Virus record (IMG/VR): IMGVR_UViG_2595698945_000001 | Strand: one strand, 5' to 3' | Source of the DNA: a virus | Lineage: Duplodnaviria; Heunggongvirae; Uroviricota; Caudoviricetes | Length of the DNA stretch: 64,000 bases | Shown here: piece after piece, positions 27,919 to 37,594 of the stretch | How positions within the stretch are numbered: the first letter of the stretch is position 1 | Layout of the letters: each line of letters starts with the position of its first letter | Program-made: the position numbers and the translations under genes | Notes under the pieces: model-generated | Databases searched by the model: none | Seen by the model: only the letters and a program-made list of their open reading frames with translations | Told to the model about the DNA's origin: nothing

Positions 27919-28944
27919 ATGTCTAAGTCATTACTTGATCTGCTTAACAAGACCCGTGGCGATATTGCTTCTAAACGTGGCAATAACGTTGATTTGACCC
28001 GTCTGAAAGACGGCAATAACTATCTGCGCATTTTTCCGAACAAGGACGACCCGAATGGTGTGTTCTTCCAGACTTTCGGTATGCACTACGTTAAGCATCA
28101 GAATGAGGAAGGCAAAGATGTAACCACCGCCTACATCTGCGAACAGCACACCCACGGCCACGCTTGCCAGCTGTGTGAGATGGTTATGGAAGGTCGTGCT
28201 CGCTTTAAGGGCAACAAAGCGATGGAAGAGCGCATTAACAGTATGCGTGCTACACCTCGTTATCTGGTCAACGGTGTTCTGTCTGCGCGTGAAGACTTTG
28301 CGGACGCAGAGAAATGCCAGCTGATTGAGCTGCCGTCTACGGTCTTCGACGATATCTGCAAAGTGATGTCCGAAGATATTGCGGATGATATCGGCAACCC
28401 ACTGAGCAAAGAAGAAGGCTATGCGTTCCTGATTAAGCGTACCGGTTCCGGTCGTGACACCAAGTACGACGTATCCCCGAAACGTAAAGTCTACAAAGGC
28501 GACATTCCTGAGAAGCTCTGGACTACCCAACACGATCTGATCGCATACGCGAACCAGGCTGACGAAACCCGTCTGCTGTCTACGGCTCGCACTATGGGTC
28601 GTCTGATTGGTATTGCGGCTCCGGCAGCAACAATGTCCTCTCCGGCCATTTCTTCCGCTGCAAAATCAGCCGCTGCAGAACTGCCTGGCTTTGGCTCTAT
28701 CACTGGTCATACAGAAGGGGCTGCTGTCGCTACGGCACACACTCCGGCTCCAGAGTCCACCAGCCTGGTTGATGAAGAGATCCTGCGTGCCGCTGAAGCT
28801 GAGTTCAAACCGGAAACTAAACCGGAAGAAGTTAAAGCTCCGGAAGCCGCCGCAGCTGCAAGTGCTTCAGCATCTGCTGCCGCTGCATCTGCACCAGCTG
28901 ACGAAGGTCTCGATGACCTGCTGGCTGAGCTGGACGCTCTGTAA
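27919..28944 (+). CDS. Single-stranded DNA-binding protein, T4 gp32-like
   Basis: Zinc motif CEQHTHGHACQLCE (H/C x3). Acidic C-terminal tail DEGLDDLLAELDAL. Confidence 0.55.
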   Translation: MSKSLLDLLNKTRGDIASKRGNNVDLTRLKDGNNYLRIFPNKDDPNGVFFQTFGMHYVKHQNEEGKDVTTAYICEQHTHGHACQLCEMVMEGRARFKGNKAMEERINSMRATPRYLVNGVLSAREDFADAEKCQLIELPSTVFDDICKVMSEDIADDIGNPLSKEEGYAFLIKRTGSGRDTKYDVSPKRKVYKGDIPEKLWTTQHDLIAYANQADETRLLSTARTMGRLIGIAAPAATMSSPAISSAAKSAAAELPGFGSITGHTEGAAVATAHTPAPESTSLVDEEILRAAEAEFKPETKPEEVKAPEAAAAASASASAAAASAPADEGLDDLLAELDAL

Positions 28945-28960
28945 TCCCATAACGTGACCA

Positions 28961-28989
28961 GTAAGGCGTCTACGGACGCCTTACTTTTT
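28961..28989 (+). terminator. Rho-independent terminator (ggcgtc-N-gacgcc family)
   Basis: gtaaggcgtctacggacgccttacttttt. Confidence 0.65.
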
Positions 28990-29004
28990 GGAAGGAGTGT
29001 ACCG

Positions 29005-29949
29005 GTGAATTATCTCTTTGTGGACGGTAACAGCCTGGGCTATTACCACCAGCAATCCGACAAATTACACAACGGCGAAATGGAAGTTCAGGCGGCTTTT
29101 GGCTTCGTGAAGAACGTTCGTCGTTACGCCTCAATTCTCCATGCCCGGCCAATGATCTTGTGGGATGGATTCAGCGACAAACGTCGCGACTTCTACCCGG
29201 AGTACAAAGCGAATCGCGATGACGACCCGGATATGAAGAAGATGAAAGAAGGTTTTGCCATCCAGAAGCCGTACATCTTGAAAATGATGACCGCGCTGGG
29301 CGTTAACCAACTCATTGCAAAGGACGCAGAAGCGGACGACCTAGCTGGAATGCTGGTCTCTCGCCTGGCTCCGCAGCCAACCGTTGATCATATCTACCTG
29401 CTAACAGGTGATGGCGACTGGCTCCAGCTGGTTCGCGATAATGTGAGTTGGGTAAGCCTGCGTGAAGATGCCAAGCACAAGCAGGTGAACTTCGAACAGT
29501 TCGCAGAGCTGACAGGTCTGCCAACACCACGCGCGTTTCTGGAAGCGAAAGCGTTACAGGGTGATAACTCGGACAACATCAAAGGCGTCGGTGGCATTGG
29601 TGACGGTGGCGCGAAAGAGTTACTTCATGAATGGGGAAGCGTGGCCGCAATGGTACGCGGCATTAACGACGGCTCCATTGTCATCAACAAAGGTCGCTAT
29701 AAGACGGCATTCAACAAGCTGGCAAAGAACGCCTTCAACGAGAAGACGGGCTGCCGGATGCTCGAAGCCTTTAAGCGCAACATGATGCTGATGAACCTTA
29801 TCGACACAAAATTCCCACCCAGCGAAATTGAGTCGATTAAAGGCGCACGCGACATGAATGCTTTCGAACAGATGTGTTACGAGCTGAACTTCCGGTCGTT
29901 TCTGGAAGATCTGGAAGTGTTTGTTCTGCCGTTTGAGAGGTACTGCTGA
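29005..29949 (+). CDS. 5'-3' exonuclease / flap endonuclease (FEN, T4 RNase H / T5 D15-like)
   Basis: GTG start after RBS GGAAGGAG. Motifs YLFVDGNSLGYY, KDAEADDLAG, LLTGDGDWLQLV, plus an H3TH region. Confidence 0.7.
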   Translation: MNYLFVDGNSLGYYHQQSDKLHNGEMEVQAAFGFVKNVRRYASILHARPMILWDGFSDKRRDFYPEYKANRDDDPDMKKMKEGFAIQKPYILKMMTALGVNQLIAKDAEADDLAGMLVSRLAPQPTVDHIYLLTGDGDWLQLVRDNVSWVSLREDAKHKQVNFEQFAELTGLPTPRAFLEAKALQGDNSDNIKGVGGIGDGGAKELLHEWGSVAAMVRGINDGSIVINKGRYKTAFNKLAKNAFNEKTGCRMLEAFKRNMMLMNLIDTKFPPSEIESIKGARDMNAFEQMCYELNFRSFLEDLEVFVLPFERYC

Positions 29950-30215
29950 TGCTGAAATCCATCATTAATGGCGGGGCAACTACGCCAACCATGCTGGCTA
30001 AAGAGATTGTCTTCTGCCACGGCGAGCACGCTGTGGTGGCGCTGCCGAACATTCTGGGCGCTGCTGGCATTTCTGCTACTGAGCGCGAGTTCGCGCTGGT
30101 CAGCGAGCAGGTCGTGAAGATCATCGCTCGCGTCGCCAAACACCTGAACCACGACGCAATCAAGTTTGACGAAGCCGCTGCTTCGAAGCGAATCAACGAA
30201 TCAAAAGGAGCCTAA
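29949..30215 (+). CDS. Hypothetical protein
   Basis: Stop/start overlap. 88 aa. Confidence 0.4.
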   Translation: MLKSIINGGATTPTMLAKEIVFCHGEHAVVALPNILGAAGISATEREFALVSEQVVKIIARVAKHLNHDAIKFDEAAASKRINESKGA

Positions 30216-30217
30216 TC

Positions 30218-31294
30218 ATGGCAAAAGGCAAATCCGCACTGGCACTGGCACTGAAAAAGAAAATCGGCAGCAATGACGAGATCCAGAAGGTCTCCCACTG
30301 GATTGACTCCGGTTTCCCTCCACTGAACAAAGCCATTTCCGGACGTTACGACGGTGGTTTTCCGTGTGGGCGTATCGTTGAAGTCTTCGGGCCGCCAAGC
30401 GCCGGTAAAACCTTTTTGGCAACGGCTGCGATGGTGTCAGCACAAAAGCAGGATGGTCTGGCCGTGTTCCTCGACCACGAAAACAGCTTCGACGTTGGTC
30501 TTGCGGTGGCGAACGGTCTGAACGCCGACGAAGACGATGGTCAGTGGGTCTACAAACAGCCGGATACCTTCGAAGACTCCGTTGAGCTGATCGGCACAAT
30601 CCTCAAACTGGTGCGCGACGAAGAGCTTATCCCGGAAACAGCCCCTATCTGCATCGTAGCCGACTCTCTGGCGTCGATGGTTCCGAACTCGAAGGCTGAG
30701 AAGTTCGACAAGATGGCAGAAGGCACTGCGAAGGACAAAGATCAGCTGAACATGAACGACAACACGGCGCTGGCGCGCGCGACGAGTGCGAACTTCCCTA
30801 CTCTGGCGCTTTGGGCGCGTAAGTACAACGCGTGCATCATCTTCTTGAACCAGGTGCGTACCAAAATTGGCGTGATGTTTGGCGATCCGACTACGTCTCC
30901 GGGTGGCGACTCTCCGAAGTTCTACGCGTCGGTGCGCATCCGTCTGGGTGCATCCGTCATGAAGGATGGTAAAGAGAAGATCGGACAGGACGTTGGCGCC
31001 GAGTGCATTAAAAACAAAGTCGCACCTCCGTTTGGCAAATGCTCATGGAAATTCTACTTCGACCCGACTCGCGGGCTGGACGTCATCGAATCGCTGGTTG
31101 AGTACATGCTGGAGGAAGGATACCTGCCCAAGAACGCCAGCGGGCGTGTGGAAATTGGCGATAAGAAATACACCAAATCGCAGATCGTCGAGATGTACCG
31201 CAAGAAGCCACTCCCGGAAATCATCGCAGCACTCCAGGCGATAGACGAACGGCGAGCGAAAGAGTCGTCCCCGGCAGAGACAGAAGAAGCATAA
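30218..31294 (+). CDS. RecA-family recombinase (UvsX/RecA-like)
   Basis: Walker A GPPSAGKT. Architecture GRIVEVFGPPSAGKTFLA...FLDHEN parallels RecA. Confidence 0.7.
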   Translation: MAKGKSALALALKKKIGSNDEIQKVSHWIDSGFPPLNKAISGRYDGGFPCGRIVEVFGPPSAGKTFLATAAMVSAQKQDGLAVFLDHENSFDVGLAVANGLNADEDDGQWVYKQPDTFEDSVELIGTILKLVRDEELIPETAPICIVADSLASMVPNSKAEKFDKMAEGTAKDKDQLNMNDNTALARATSANFPTLALWARKYNACIIFLNQVRTKIGVMFGDPTTSPGGDSPKFYASVRIRLGASVMKDGKEKIGQDVGAECIKNKVAPPFGKCSWKFYFDPTRGLDVIESLVEYMLEEGYLPKNASGRVEIGDKKYTKSQIVEMYRKKPLPEIIAALQAIDERRAKESSPAETEEA

Positions 31295-31298
31295 TCAC

Positions 31299-31324
31299 AA
31301 GGCGTCCATTGGACGCCTTTTTAC
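31299..31324 (+). terminator. Rho-independent terminator (ggcgtcc-N4-ggacgcc family)
   Basis: aaggcgtccattggacgccttttt. Confidence 0.7.
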
Positions 31325-31332
31325 ACTTGAAA

Positions 31333-31358
31333 ATATATAAGTACTTACTTATCATTTC
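31333..31358. promoter_or_regulatory. Motif A palindrome copy
   Basis: atatataagtacttacttatcatttc. Confidence 0.5.
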
Positions 31359-31384
31359 TACACCAAAACGACAAAAGGAAACAC

Positions 31385-31585
31385 ATGATTAAGGGTTATC
31401 TCATGGCTGTTTCAGCAGTGGTATCAGTCTGCTTTATTTACGGTTTACTGGTTCCATCGCTTATATCAGCTAAAAGCGATCTGGCCTTCTTTATCGGACT
31501 TGCCATCGCTTTAATCTTCCCGGTTGCCTTATTAAAAGCTGGCCGCAGATATATCAACTCACTCAATAAAACTAAGGAGAAGTAA
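31385..31585 (+). CDS. Small membrane protein (2 TM)
   Basis: 66 aa. RBS AAGGAA. Confidence 0.4.
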   Translation: MIKGYLMAVSAVVSVCFIYGLLVPSLISAKSDLAFFIGLAIALIFPVALLKAGRRYINSLNKTKEK

Positions 31586-31588
31586 GTA

Positions 31589-32419
31589 ATGAAGAAAGGT
31601 TTACTGGCGGTGGCTTTGGCTGCTATTTGCACAATGGGTCTGACCGGCTGCGATCGCGTGGAACCGGGATACGTTGGCATTAAGGTAAACAAATTGGGTG
31701 AAGACAAAGGTATCGGTGAAGTTGTCGGCGTTGGCCGTCAGTGGACTGGTCTGAATACCGAGCTGTACACCTTCCCCACTTTCAAACAGATGAAAACCTA
31801 CGATGAGCCGTTCACATTCCAGATGAGCGACGGGACAGCCATCGGCTACAAAATTGGTGTGGCATATCTGGTTAATCGCGACAAAGTAACTACCGTATTC
31901 CAGACCTATCGCAAAGGTGTTGATGACATTACCGACACTGATCTGCGCCAGAAGATTGCGGATTCACTGAACCGTCTGGCCAGCCGCATGACTACCGACG
32001 CGTTCATTGACGGTGGCAAGGCGTCTCTGCTCGACAATGCACTGAAAGACATTCAGGCAGAAATGTCACCAGTAGGTATTGAGGTTATTAGCCTGTCATG
32101 GGTGGGCAAACCAGACTACCCGGACACGGTCATCGAATCTATCAATGCCAAAGTGACCGCGAACCAGAAAACGCTCCAGCGACAGCAGGAAGTTGAGCAG
32201 CGCAAGGCAGAAGCGAACATGCTGCGTGAACAAGCCGAAGGTGAAGCCGACGCTATCCGCAAACGTGCTCAAGCAGAAGCTGATGCCATTAAGTTGCGCG
32301 GTGAAGCATTACGTCAGAACCCGAACGTCATGGAGCTGGAAGCCATCAACAAATGGAATGGTCAGTTGCCTCAGTACATGACTGAAGGGGCCAATACTCC
32401 GTTTATCGCGTTGAAGTAA
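31589..32419 (+). CDS. SPFH/band-7 (HflC/prohibitin-like) lipoprotein
   Basis: Lipobox LTGC. SPFH core. C-terminal Ala/Glu-rich coiled coil QRQQEVEQRKAEANMLREQAEGEADAIRKRAQAEADAIKLRGEA. Confidence 0.6.
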   Translation: MKKGLLAVALAAICTMGLTGCDRVEPGYVGIKVNKLGEDKGIGEVVGVGRQWTGLNTELYTFPTFKQMKTYDEPFTFQMSDGTAIGYKIGVAYLVNRDKVTTVFQTYRKGVDDITDTDLRQKIADSLNRLASRMTTDAFIDGGKASLLDNALKDIQAEMSPVGIEVISLSWVGKPDYPDTVIESINAKVTANQKTLQRQQEVEQRKAEANMLREQAEGEADAIRKRAQAEADAIKLRGEALRQNPNVMELEAINKWNGQLPQYMTEGANTPFIALK

Positions 32420-32436
32420 CAGCCTTTTCAAAGATA

Positions 32437-32462
32437 CGGCGTCCACTTGGACGCCTTTTTTA
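32437..32462 (+). terminator. Rho-independent terminator (ggcgtcc-N4-ggacgcc family)
   Basis: cggcgtccacttggacgcctttttt. Confidence 0.7.
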
Positions 32463-32582
32463 TTTCCGTATTATCACCAACAAGAAAACAAATTGGTTAC
32501 TAATACGGAATTACCATCCGTAAAAGTACAAAGTGACAACGCCACATAGTTGTTCGGCAACGGAATGAGAAGGAGATCGGGA

Positions 32583-32954
32583 ATGAAAAATTACAGCGAG
32601 ATGACGGACTTTGAGATTAACTGCCTGGTCGCGGAAGCCACCGGCCATCGACCGCTTATCTCACAATATGGCTGGAAAGGCTCACAGGAAGGCGATTACA
32701 CAGCAGTGGTCGCCATCGGCCCGAACGGAGCCGGAACCTTCGACTGGTGTAACGATCCGGAAGATGCGTGGGACATTATTTACCGACACAGAATCGGCGT
32801 AATCCCTGCCAGACAGCCTGGCGAGTGGAGAGCGGCCCACAGAAAGGTGGATAGCTCAACGCCACAGCATCTGATCCAGAGCCCTAACCCTTTCAGAGCT
32901 GCAATGACCGTGTTCCTTTTAATGCAGGAGAAAAAGCGTGAAGAAACTGTATGA
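32583..32954 (+). CDS. Hypothetical protein
   Basis: ATG at 32583 after RBS AGAAGGAG. Confidence 0.4.
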   Translation: MKNYSEMTDFEINCLVAEATGHRPLISQYGWKGSQEGDYTAVVAIGPNGAGTFDWCNDPEDAWDIIYRHRIGVIPARQPGEWRAAHRKVDSSTPQHLIQSPNPFRAAMTVFLLMQEKKREETV

Positions 32955-33348
32955 CGCGGCCAACGCTGCGCTGGATGTAGTGGATACCGAAATTGCCCAA
33001 GGCTTCCCGGAGCCAGAGTGGGCGACGCAACTGCGTGAGGCGATTGCGGAGATGAACGCACCGGAACCTTCAGAAGATGAAGCCGACTGGCAGCGTTTCA
33101 TCAGAATGTACGCGGAAGAGATTGGCCCGACGCCAACCGCTGAACAGGCCATGTTGCTCAAGTACTTCAAGGAAGCTGGAGAGAATCTGCCGGTTGATGA
33201 CACACCGCACTGGTTTCATGCCGCCTGGCGTAAGTTCGACGAGATCTACACCCGCGGTCTGGGAAACAAAGATATGGTCGTCTGGCATCTGATGCACATT
33301 GATAAGGCTGTCGACCGCACGCTGGAGAAGTTCTTTCCCCCAGCCTGA
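32938..33348 (+). CDS. Hypothetical protein
   Basis: GTG start overlapping the upstream stop. Confidence 0.4.
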   Translation: MKKLYDAANAALDVVDTEIAQGFPEPEWATQLREAIAEMNAPEPSEDEADWQRFIRMYAEEIGPTPTAEQAMLLKYFKEAGENLPVDDTPHWFHAAWRKFDEIYTRGLGNKDMVVWHLMHIDKAVDRTLEKFFPPA

Positions 33349-33416
33349 ACACAATGATTGTGCGCCGCATGGCGCACATTAATATAAATAAGCACTTACC
33401 AATAAGGAGAAAACAC

Positions 33417-33692
33417 ATGAAGATTTTGGTTCGCATTTCAGCCAGCACCGACTATGACGTTTACCCGTTGTTCATGGTCAAGTGCGACGGTCTAAGCGAT
33501 GAAGAAATTCAAGCGGCAATTGAGCGCAATCTCGTTGAGTACACAGGCATGGATGCAGATTCAGTGCATGTCGATGATGACGGTGTTTGTTGGCACAACG
33601 GTAGTTGCTGGTACGTCGACGACACGATGCCTGTAAGCGATGAAGACGCGGCTCATCTTGAGCGTATCTTAGGCATCAGCACTTTTGAGTGA
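33417..33692 (+). CDS. Hypothetical acidic protein
   Basis: ATG at 33417 after RBS AAGGAG. A Motif A-like sequence lies upstream. Confidence 0.4.
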   Translation: MKILVRISASTDYDVYPLFMVKCDGLSDEEIQAAIERNLVEYTGMDADSVHVDDDGVCWHNGSCWYVDDTMPVSDEDAAHLERILGISTFE

Positions 33693-33708
33693 CATTTACA
33701 GCAAAAAA

Positions 33709-33735
33709 TATATAAGTTAGTATCTACCTATCATG
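33709..33735. promoter_or_regulatory. Motif A palindrome copy abutting the start codon
   Basis: atataagttagtatctacctatcATG. Confidence 0.45.
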
Positions 33736-33912
33736 AAAACTGTATTAGACACTTTATTACTTATTGTCTCGATAGCTTTTGTGCTCGATTGCATCTTCAC
33801 CGGAGCAATCCGTAAAGCGCTAGCGCCTGTTAATGGCGCGATGGTTAATGCGCTGGCCGTAGTGCTGGTATTCGACTCAGCATTCGGCGTTATCAAAGGA
33901 GTCGCGGCATGA
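33733..33912 (+). CDS. Small membrane protein (59 aa, 2 TM)
   Basis: Not in the ORF track because it is under 60 aa. ATGA overlap with the next gene. Preferred over the antisense ORF 33717-33968. Confidence 0.35.
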   Translation: MKTVLDTLLLIVSIAFVLDCIFTGAIRKALAPVNGAMVNALAVVLVFDSAFGVIKGVAA

Positions 33913-34244
33913 AGAAAATAGCCCTGGCTCTGGCGCTGCTCTCCCTCCCTGTCTACGCGGACACGCACGTCTATGAGTGTGAGATGTCAGTGGCCGAAGT
34001 GAAAAACGACGTGATCCGCAATGTTGTCAAAGCCAGCTACGGCGCGATGGTTGTGGACAGCGGCGAACAGTTTTATGTTGTGCGCGATGATCGCGTCCTG
34101 TCTTCCCCCTATCTCACCAAACGTAACGGCAAACTGTCTGGCGTGGGTGAAGATAAGTTCGTTTACAACAAATCAGGTGATGTCTACGGCGTTCACGCGA
34201 AGAACGCCAGCTACCTTTTCGATGACTGCAAGGAGGTTGGTTGA
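33909..34244 (+). CDS. Secreted protein (signal peptide)
   Basis: MKKIALALALLSLPVYA signal peptide. Confidence 0.45.
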   Translation: MKKIALALALLSLPVYADTHVYECEMSVAEVKNDVIRNVVKASYGAMVVDSGEQFYVVRDDRVLSSPYLTKRNGKLSGVGEDKFVYNKSGDVYGVHAKNASYLFDDCKEVG

Positions 34245-34456
34245 TGGCGGTTACACTGGCAGGTCTGGAAATCGAAAAAACAAGCGGCTACTGGCGTGCC
34301 AAAGGGTTTAAACAGACCGGCGTGCTGGAGCGTCTGGAACGTGAGGACGGTGTCATTGTCCACCAGCGTCGCGAATGGCGCATGTACGATCCGGAAACAG
34401 GTAAGCTCACGACGAAGGCCGGGACACTCTGGGGTCTGCTGAAGAAAATCCACTGA
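34241..34456 (+). CDS. Hypothetical protein
   Basis: ATGG overlap. 71 aa. Confidence 0.4.
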   Translation: MMAVTLAGLEIEKTSGYWRAKGFKQTGVLERLEREDGVIVHQRREWRMYDPETGKLTTKAGTLWGLLKKIH

Positions 34457-34464
34457 GAACACTA

Positions 34465-35065
34465 ACCACTGCGGTGAGTAGCCAGCTCACCGCGTGCGTA
34501 TCCGACTCATAACCACTGTGGTGAGTAGAACACCATTCAGGTATGCAATCCAACCACTGTAGTGAGTAAAACGACTGCCGTGATATCCGGTATCCACTGT
34601 AGTGAGCAAAGTAGCGATTATCGACGTCGCCATCCACTGTAGGGAGTAAACAGGCGTTCATTCGCAGCAAACAACCACTATAGCGAGTGATGGAATGCGC
34701 TCTCCAGCGGGTATCCACTATGGAGAGTAAACCTTCACTGTTTTCAGCGGATATCTACTCACTACAGTGGTTAGTAAACCCAGCCAACCGATTCTGCTCT
34801 CCACAGTGGATAGCCAATAACGAAGGGAACAACGATAACCACTATAGAGAGTGGGTTTAACAAGATACCCAGTGACCACTAACCTCGCAGCCCTTGATTC
34901 ATCTAGGTTTGTAACCACTAACATTTATTTCGTTGTTTGCGTGCCACTGCCTACAGTGGTTACTCTTCGGTTGCTGTTACTCACTACAGTGGATAGCGGA
35001 TTCCAGATAAACAAAAGGCTCACTACAGTGGATAGTGAGCCTTTCTACTCTCTACAGTGGTTGGG
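34465..35065. repeat. Iteron array (about 14 copies of CCACTGTAGTGAGTA / TACTCACTACAGTGG-type repeats) distal to repA
   Basis: Repeats read directly from the sequence: ccactgcggtgagta, ccactgtggtgagta, ccactgtagtgagta, ccactatagcgagtg, tactcactacagtgg, ctcactacagtggatag and others, in both orientations. Confidence 0.8.
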
Positions 35066-36130
35066 CTATTTACGAGTTTTAGCTTTGCGCAGCTCTTCGA
35101 GAATCGCCAGTTCTTCCTTGCTTAACATGACCATCTCACCGTCTTTTTCTTCAGGAACAACATCGATGATGTCCTCCTGATCATCACCAGGCAAGCTATC
35201 TTCCTGCTCTTCTGGTTCTTCCGGCGCAGCTTTAACTGGTGGCAATGCCGGGCGTAACTTCGGCCGCCTATAGTGGATGATGAAGTAGACCGAGCTGCCG
35301 CGCTTCACTTCGGTGTAATCGAGATAGCCGATCTCCCGCAGCTGCTCCATCGCCTTCCTGACTGTCGCGTTCTGGGTAATGGTGCGGCTGGTTAAGTTAA
35401 GTCTGGCGCGTAATCGAGCCAACGAGATTGGTGCCGGGTCAGGTGGCAAACTTTCGATGAAGGTGTAGAGCGCCTGCGCGGATTCTTTTCTGGAGAGTTC
35501 GTTGATTGCCCGGAGTTGCAGAAGAACCTTTTTGTCGAACTGATAGAGTTCGAAAATCTTAGGATCAGCCTGCAGCGAGACCGTGTCGTTCTTAGTGCTG
35601 TACTTTGCTGTCTGCACAAGGTGCGTCACGTAATACTCATCAGAGCCTTTACTGCGGAATGAGATAGTGTTTGTGGCGATACGAGTTAGAGAACTGTCCA
35701 GGCGCTTACGTAACTTCGCGGACGATCTGGCCGTTGGTATGCCACAGAGCCTGACGAACTCGACGAACGGTAACGTGACAGTATCGCCAACAACCTTGTG
35801 TTTGGCGAACGCGTGGATGATGCCTACCCACGTTTTGAAGTCGTTATCCATATCCAGACGAACGCCGGAGATCCTTATGTCTTCGTACCCTTCGGCTTTG
35901 GCCAGAGACAGCTGTTTGAGTTCAGCAGAGGCGTCCATAGAGACCATTTGCCCCTTTCTGCCCCTGGCGGTCGATTTCAGCGTCGGAACGAAGAGACCAA
36001 GACGCATCAGAGCAACAGGCTGAACTGTGTTGTTGGTGTTAGGAACTAACGTAACAACTTCGCCGGTCTTTTTGTCTGTTTCTGAGAATGCTTCAACGAT
36101 CGCTATGTTTTTATTGCCGTTTTCGCTCAT
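35066..36130 (-). CDS. repA: Replication initiator RepA, RepFIB family
   Basis: Strong resemblance to P307/F RepFIB RepA recalled from memory ([84 protein letters not shown]). Iterons on both flanks. Confidence 0.85.
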   Translation of the reverse strand: MSENGNKNIAIVEAFSETDKKTGEVVTLVPNTNNTVQPVALMRLGLFVPTLKSTARGRKGQMVSMDASAELKQLSLAKAEGYEDIRISGVRLDMDNDFKTWVGIIHAFAKHKVVGDTVTLPFVEFVRLCGIPTARSSAKLRKRLDSSLTRIATNTISFRSKGSDEYYVTHLVQTAKYSTKNDTVSLQADPKIFELYQFDKKVLLQLRAINELSRKESAQALYTFIESLPPDPAPISLARLRARLNLTSRTITQNATVRKAMEQLREIGYLDYTEVKRGSSVYFIIHYRRPKLRPALPPVKAAPEEPEEQEDSLPGDDQEDIIDVVPEEKDGEMVMLSKEELAILEELRKAKTRK

Positions 36131-36840
36131 TCCAAGTGTCTCTTTTTATTCGACCGCTTTGGTGGCCTTTGCTGATTACAGTGGATAGTAGCACTCATCA
36201 CAGCGGTTATCCTACCGCCTATAGTGGTTTTTCTACTCTCTACAGTGGTTGGCTTGCTCTTCATAGTGGCTGATCTTCTCTCTATAGTGGATATCGATCA
36301 CCTCTAAGGCTATGCGGCACAAGGGTTTGCGGGGTGCGGGGATCTTTTTGGGTCTTTGTGGGTCTCTTTGGTTCTCTTTGGGATCTGAATTACTGGATCG
36401 GGCCTGTGTATAAAAATCAGGTAATTGCAAAACCAGCCATCACTCCCCTTCTGGGGATAATGTGTGGTCGAAACAAACACGCCTGAACGCAAATCTTCCA
36501 GTATGTCTATGAATATCAGCTACCTGCCGTAGAAAAACAGGCACTGAGTTATCCAGTTAAGACAATGTCTCCTACTCACTACAGTGGATACCGACCACTC
36601 TCCAGAGAGGTTGTTTTGCTCTTCATAGCGGTTATTATGCTCTCTACAGAGGTTACTTTCCTCCCCATAGTGGATAGTAACCCCCTCTCAGGCCAGTAAC
36701 CGCAACGGCTGGAGACGATCGGGGATCTCTTTTGATCTTCTGTAGGATCTCTCTGGGGATCTAATTATTGGATCGGGCCTGTGAATAATGGGTATAAGTA
36801 AAACAGGCATTTGCAAACATCGGTGCGCCTTGTCAGTTAT
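36131..36840. repeat. oriV/promoter region of repA: iterons (36173-36300, 36573-36690) plus a tandemly duplicated GATC-rich block (36335-36420 and 36716-36800)
   Basis: tactctctacagtggttgg, cttcatagtggctga, ctctatagtggatat; duplicated ggggatct...tggatcgggcctgtg(t/a)ataa units, each carrying several GATC sites. Confidence 0.7.
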
Positions 36841-36874
36841 CGTTGCCCCGGACAAAACTATTTGAATAAGAACT

Positions 36875-37519
36875 ATGGATCTCAAACGCACGCGCTGGGT
36901 TCGCCGTCTTGAAGATGGCTCCTACACCATTGAATCGAACACTAGCCTGAACAAACAGAAGTTGCTCTGCGACCTGTGCGGCATTGCGTCGAAGTGCCCG
37001 ATTAACGAAACCCGGCTCAAACTCCACGACGCCGGTGCGCACTTCCACCTGAACAGCTGCATACGTTACGTGCCACTGCTGGCATTTCGTAAACCGATCA
37101 TCGGATTGGACGCTCCCTACTTCAACACACTCCGCTCTGGTGTAACATGGCGGGACCGGGTCGAGCCTGGCAAACTCGTTTGTCTGGTTGAGGCTGATAC
37201 TGGAAATATCATCCGATTCGGGAGAGTCGATAAGGTCTACTCCGGCCCGGTGGATGAGATGCTGCGAAAACACAGCCGGTTTAACCATCTCTGCATGGGC
37301 GGAGAGAAGATCGAGAAGGTTGACGAAGTGATCCGCAAATCCTACGGACACTTCCTGAACGACGACAGCCTTCTCACAGCCATCTACATTCGCCATGTCG
37401 ATCGGGAGTTCGATACGGAGTATCACAGTGCTGAAGAGTTGAATCTTGTCGACCCTCGCCCAAAAGCTGGGGTAATCGACATCAGCGTTGCGCGTCAGAA
37501 GCCCTCTGAGACGTTTTAA
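36875..37519 (+). CDS. Hypothetical protein
   Basis: 214 aa. Confidence 0.45.
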   Translation: MDLKRTRWVRRLEDGSYTIESNTSLNKQKLLCDLCGIASKCPINETRLKLHDAGAHFHLNSCIRYVPLLAFRKPIIGLDAPYFNTLRSGVTWRDRVEPGKLVCLVEADTGNIIRFGRVDKVYSGPVDEMLRKHSRFNHLCMGGEKIEKVDEVIRKSYGHFLNDDSLLTAIYIRHVDREFDTEYHSAEELNLVDPRPKAGVIDISVARQKPSETF

Positions 37520-37594
37520 ACGTAAACTCATGGTTTTACCGGGACATAAAATATGGTGTCTTAGAAAGACACTGAGAGCTTTAGGGATTAATAC

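Noticed and set aside
33717-33968. 83-aa minus-strand ORF
   Set aside because: A plus-strand 59-aa membrane ORF (33733-33912) with Motif A upstream and translational coupling to the next gene explains the region better.
34465-36690. Possible CRISPR array (regularly spaced ~15-bp repeats)
   Set aside because: The repeats are short, variable (ccactgtagtgag / ccactatagagag), in both orientations and irregularly spaced. They flank a RepFIB repA, so they are iterons, not CRISPR repeats. No cas genes are present.
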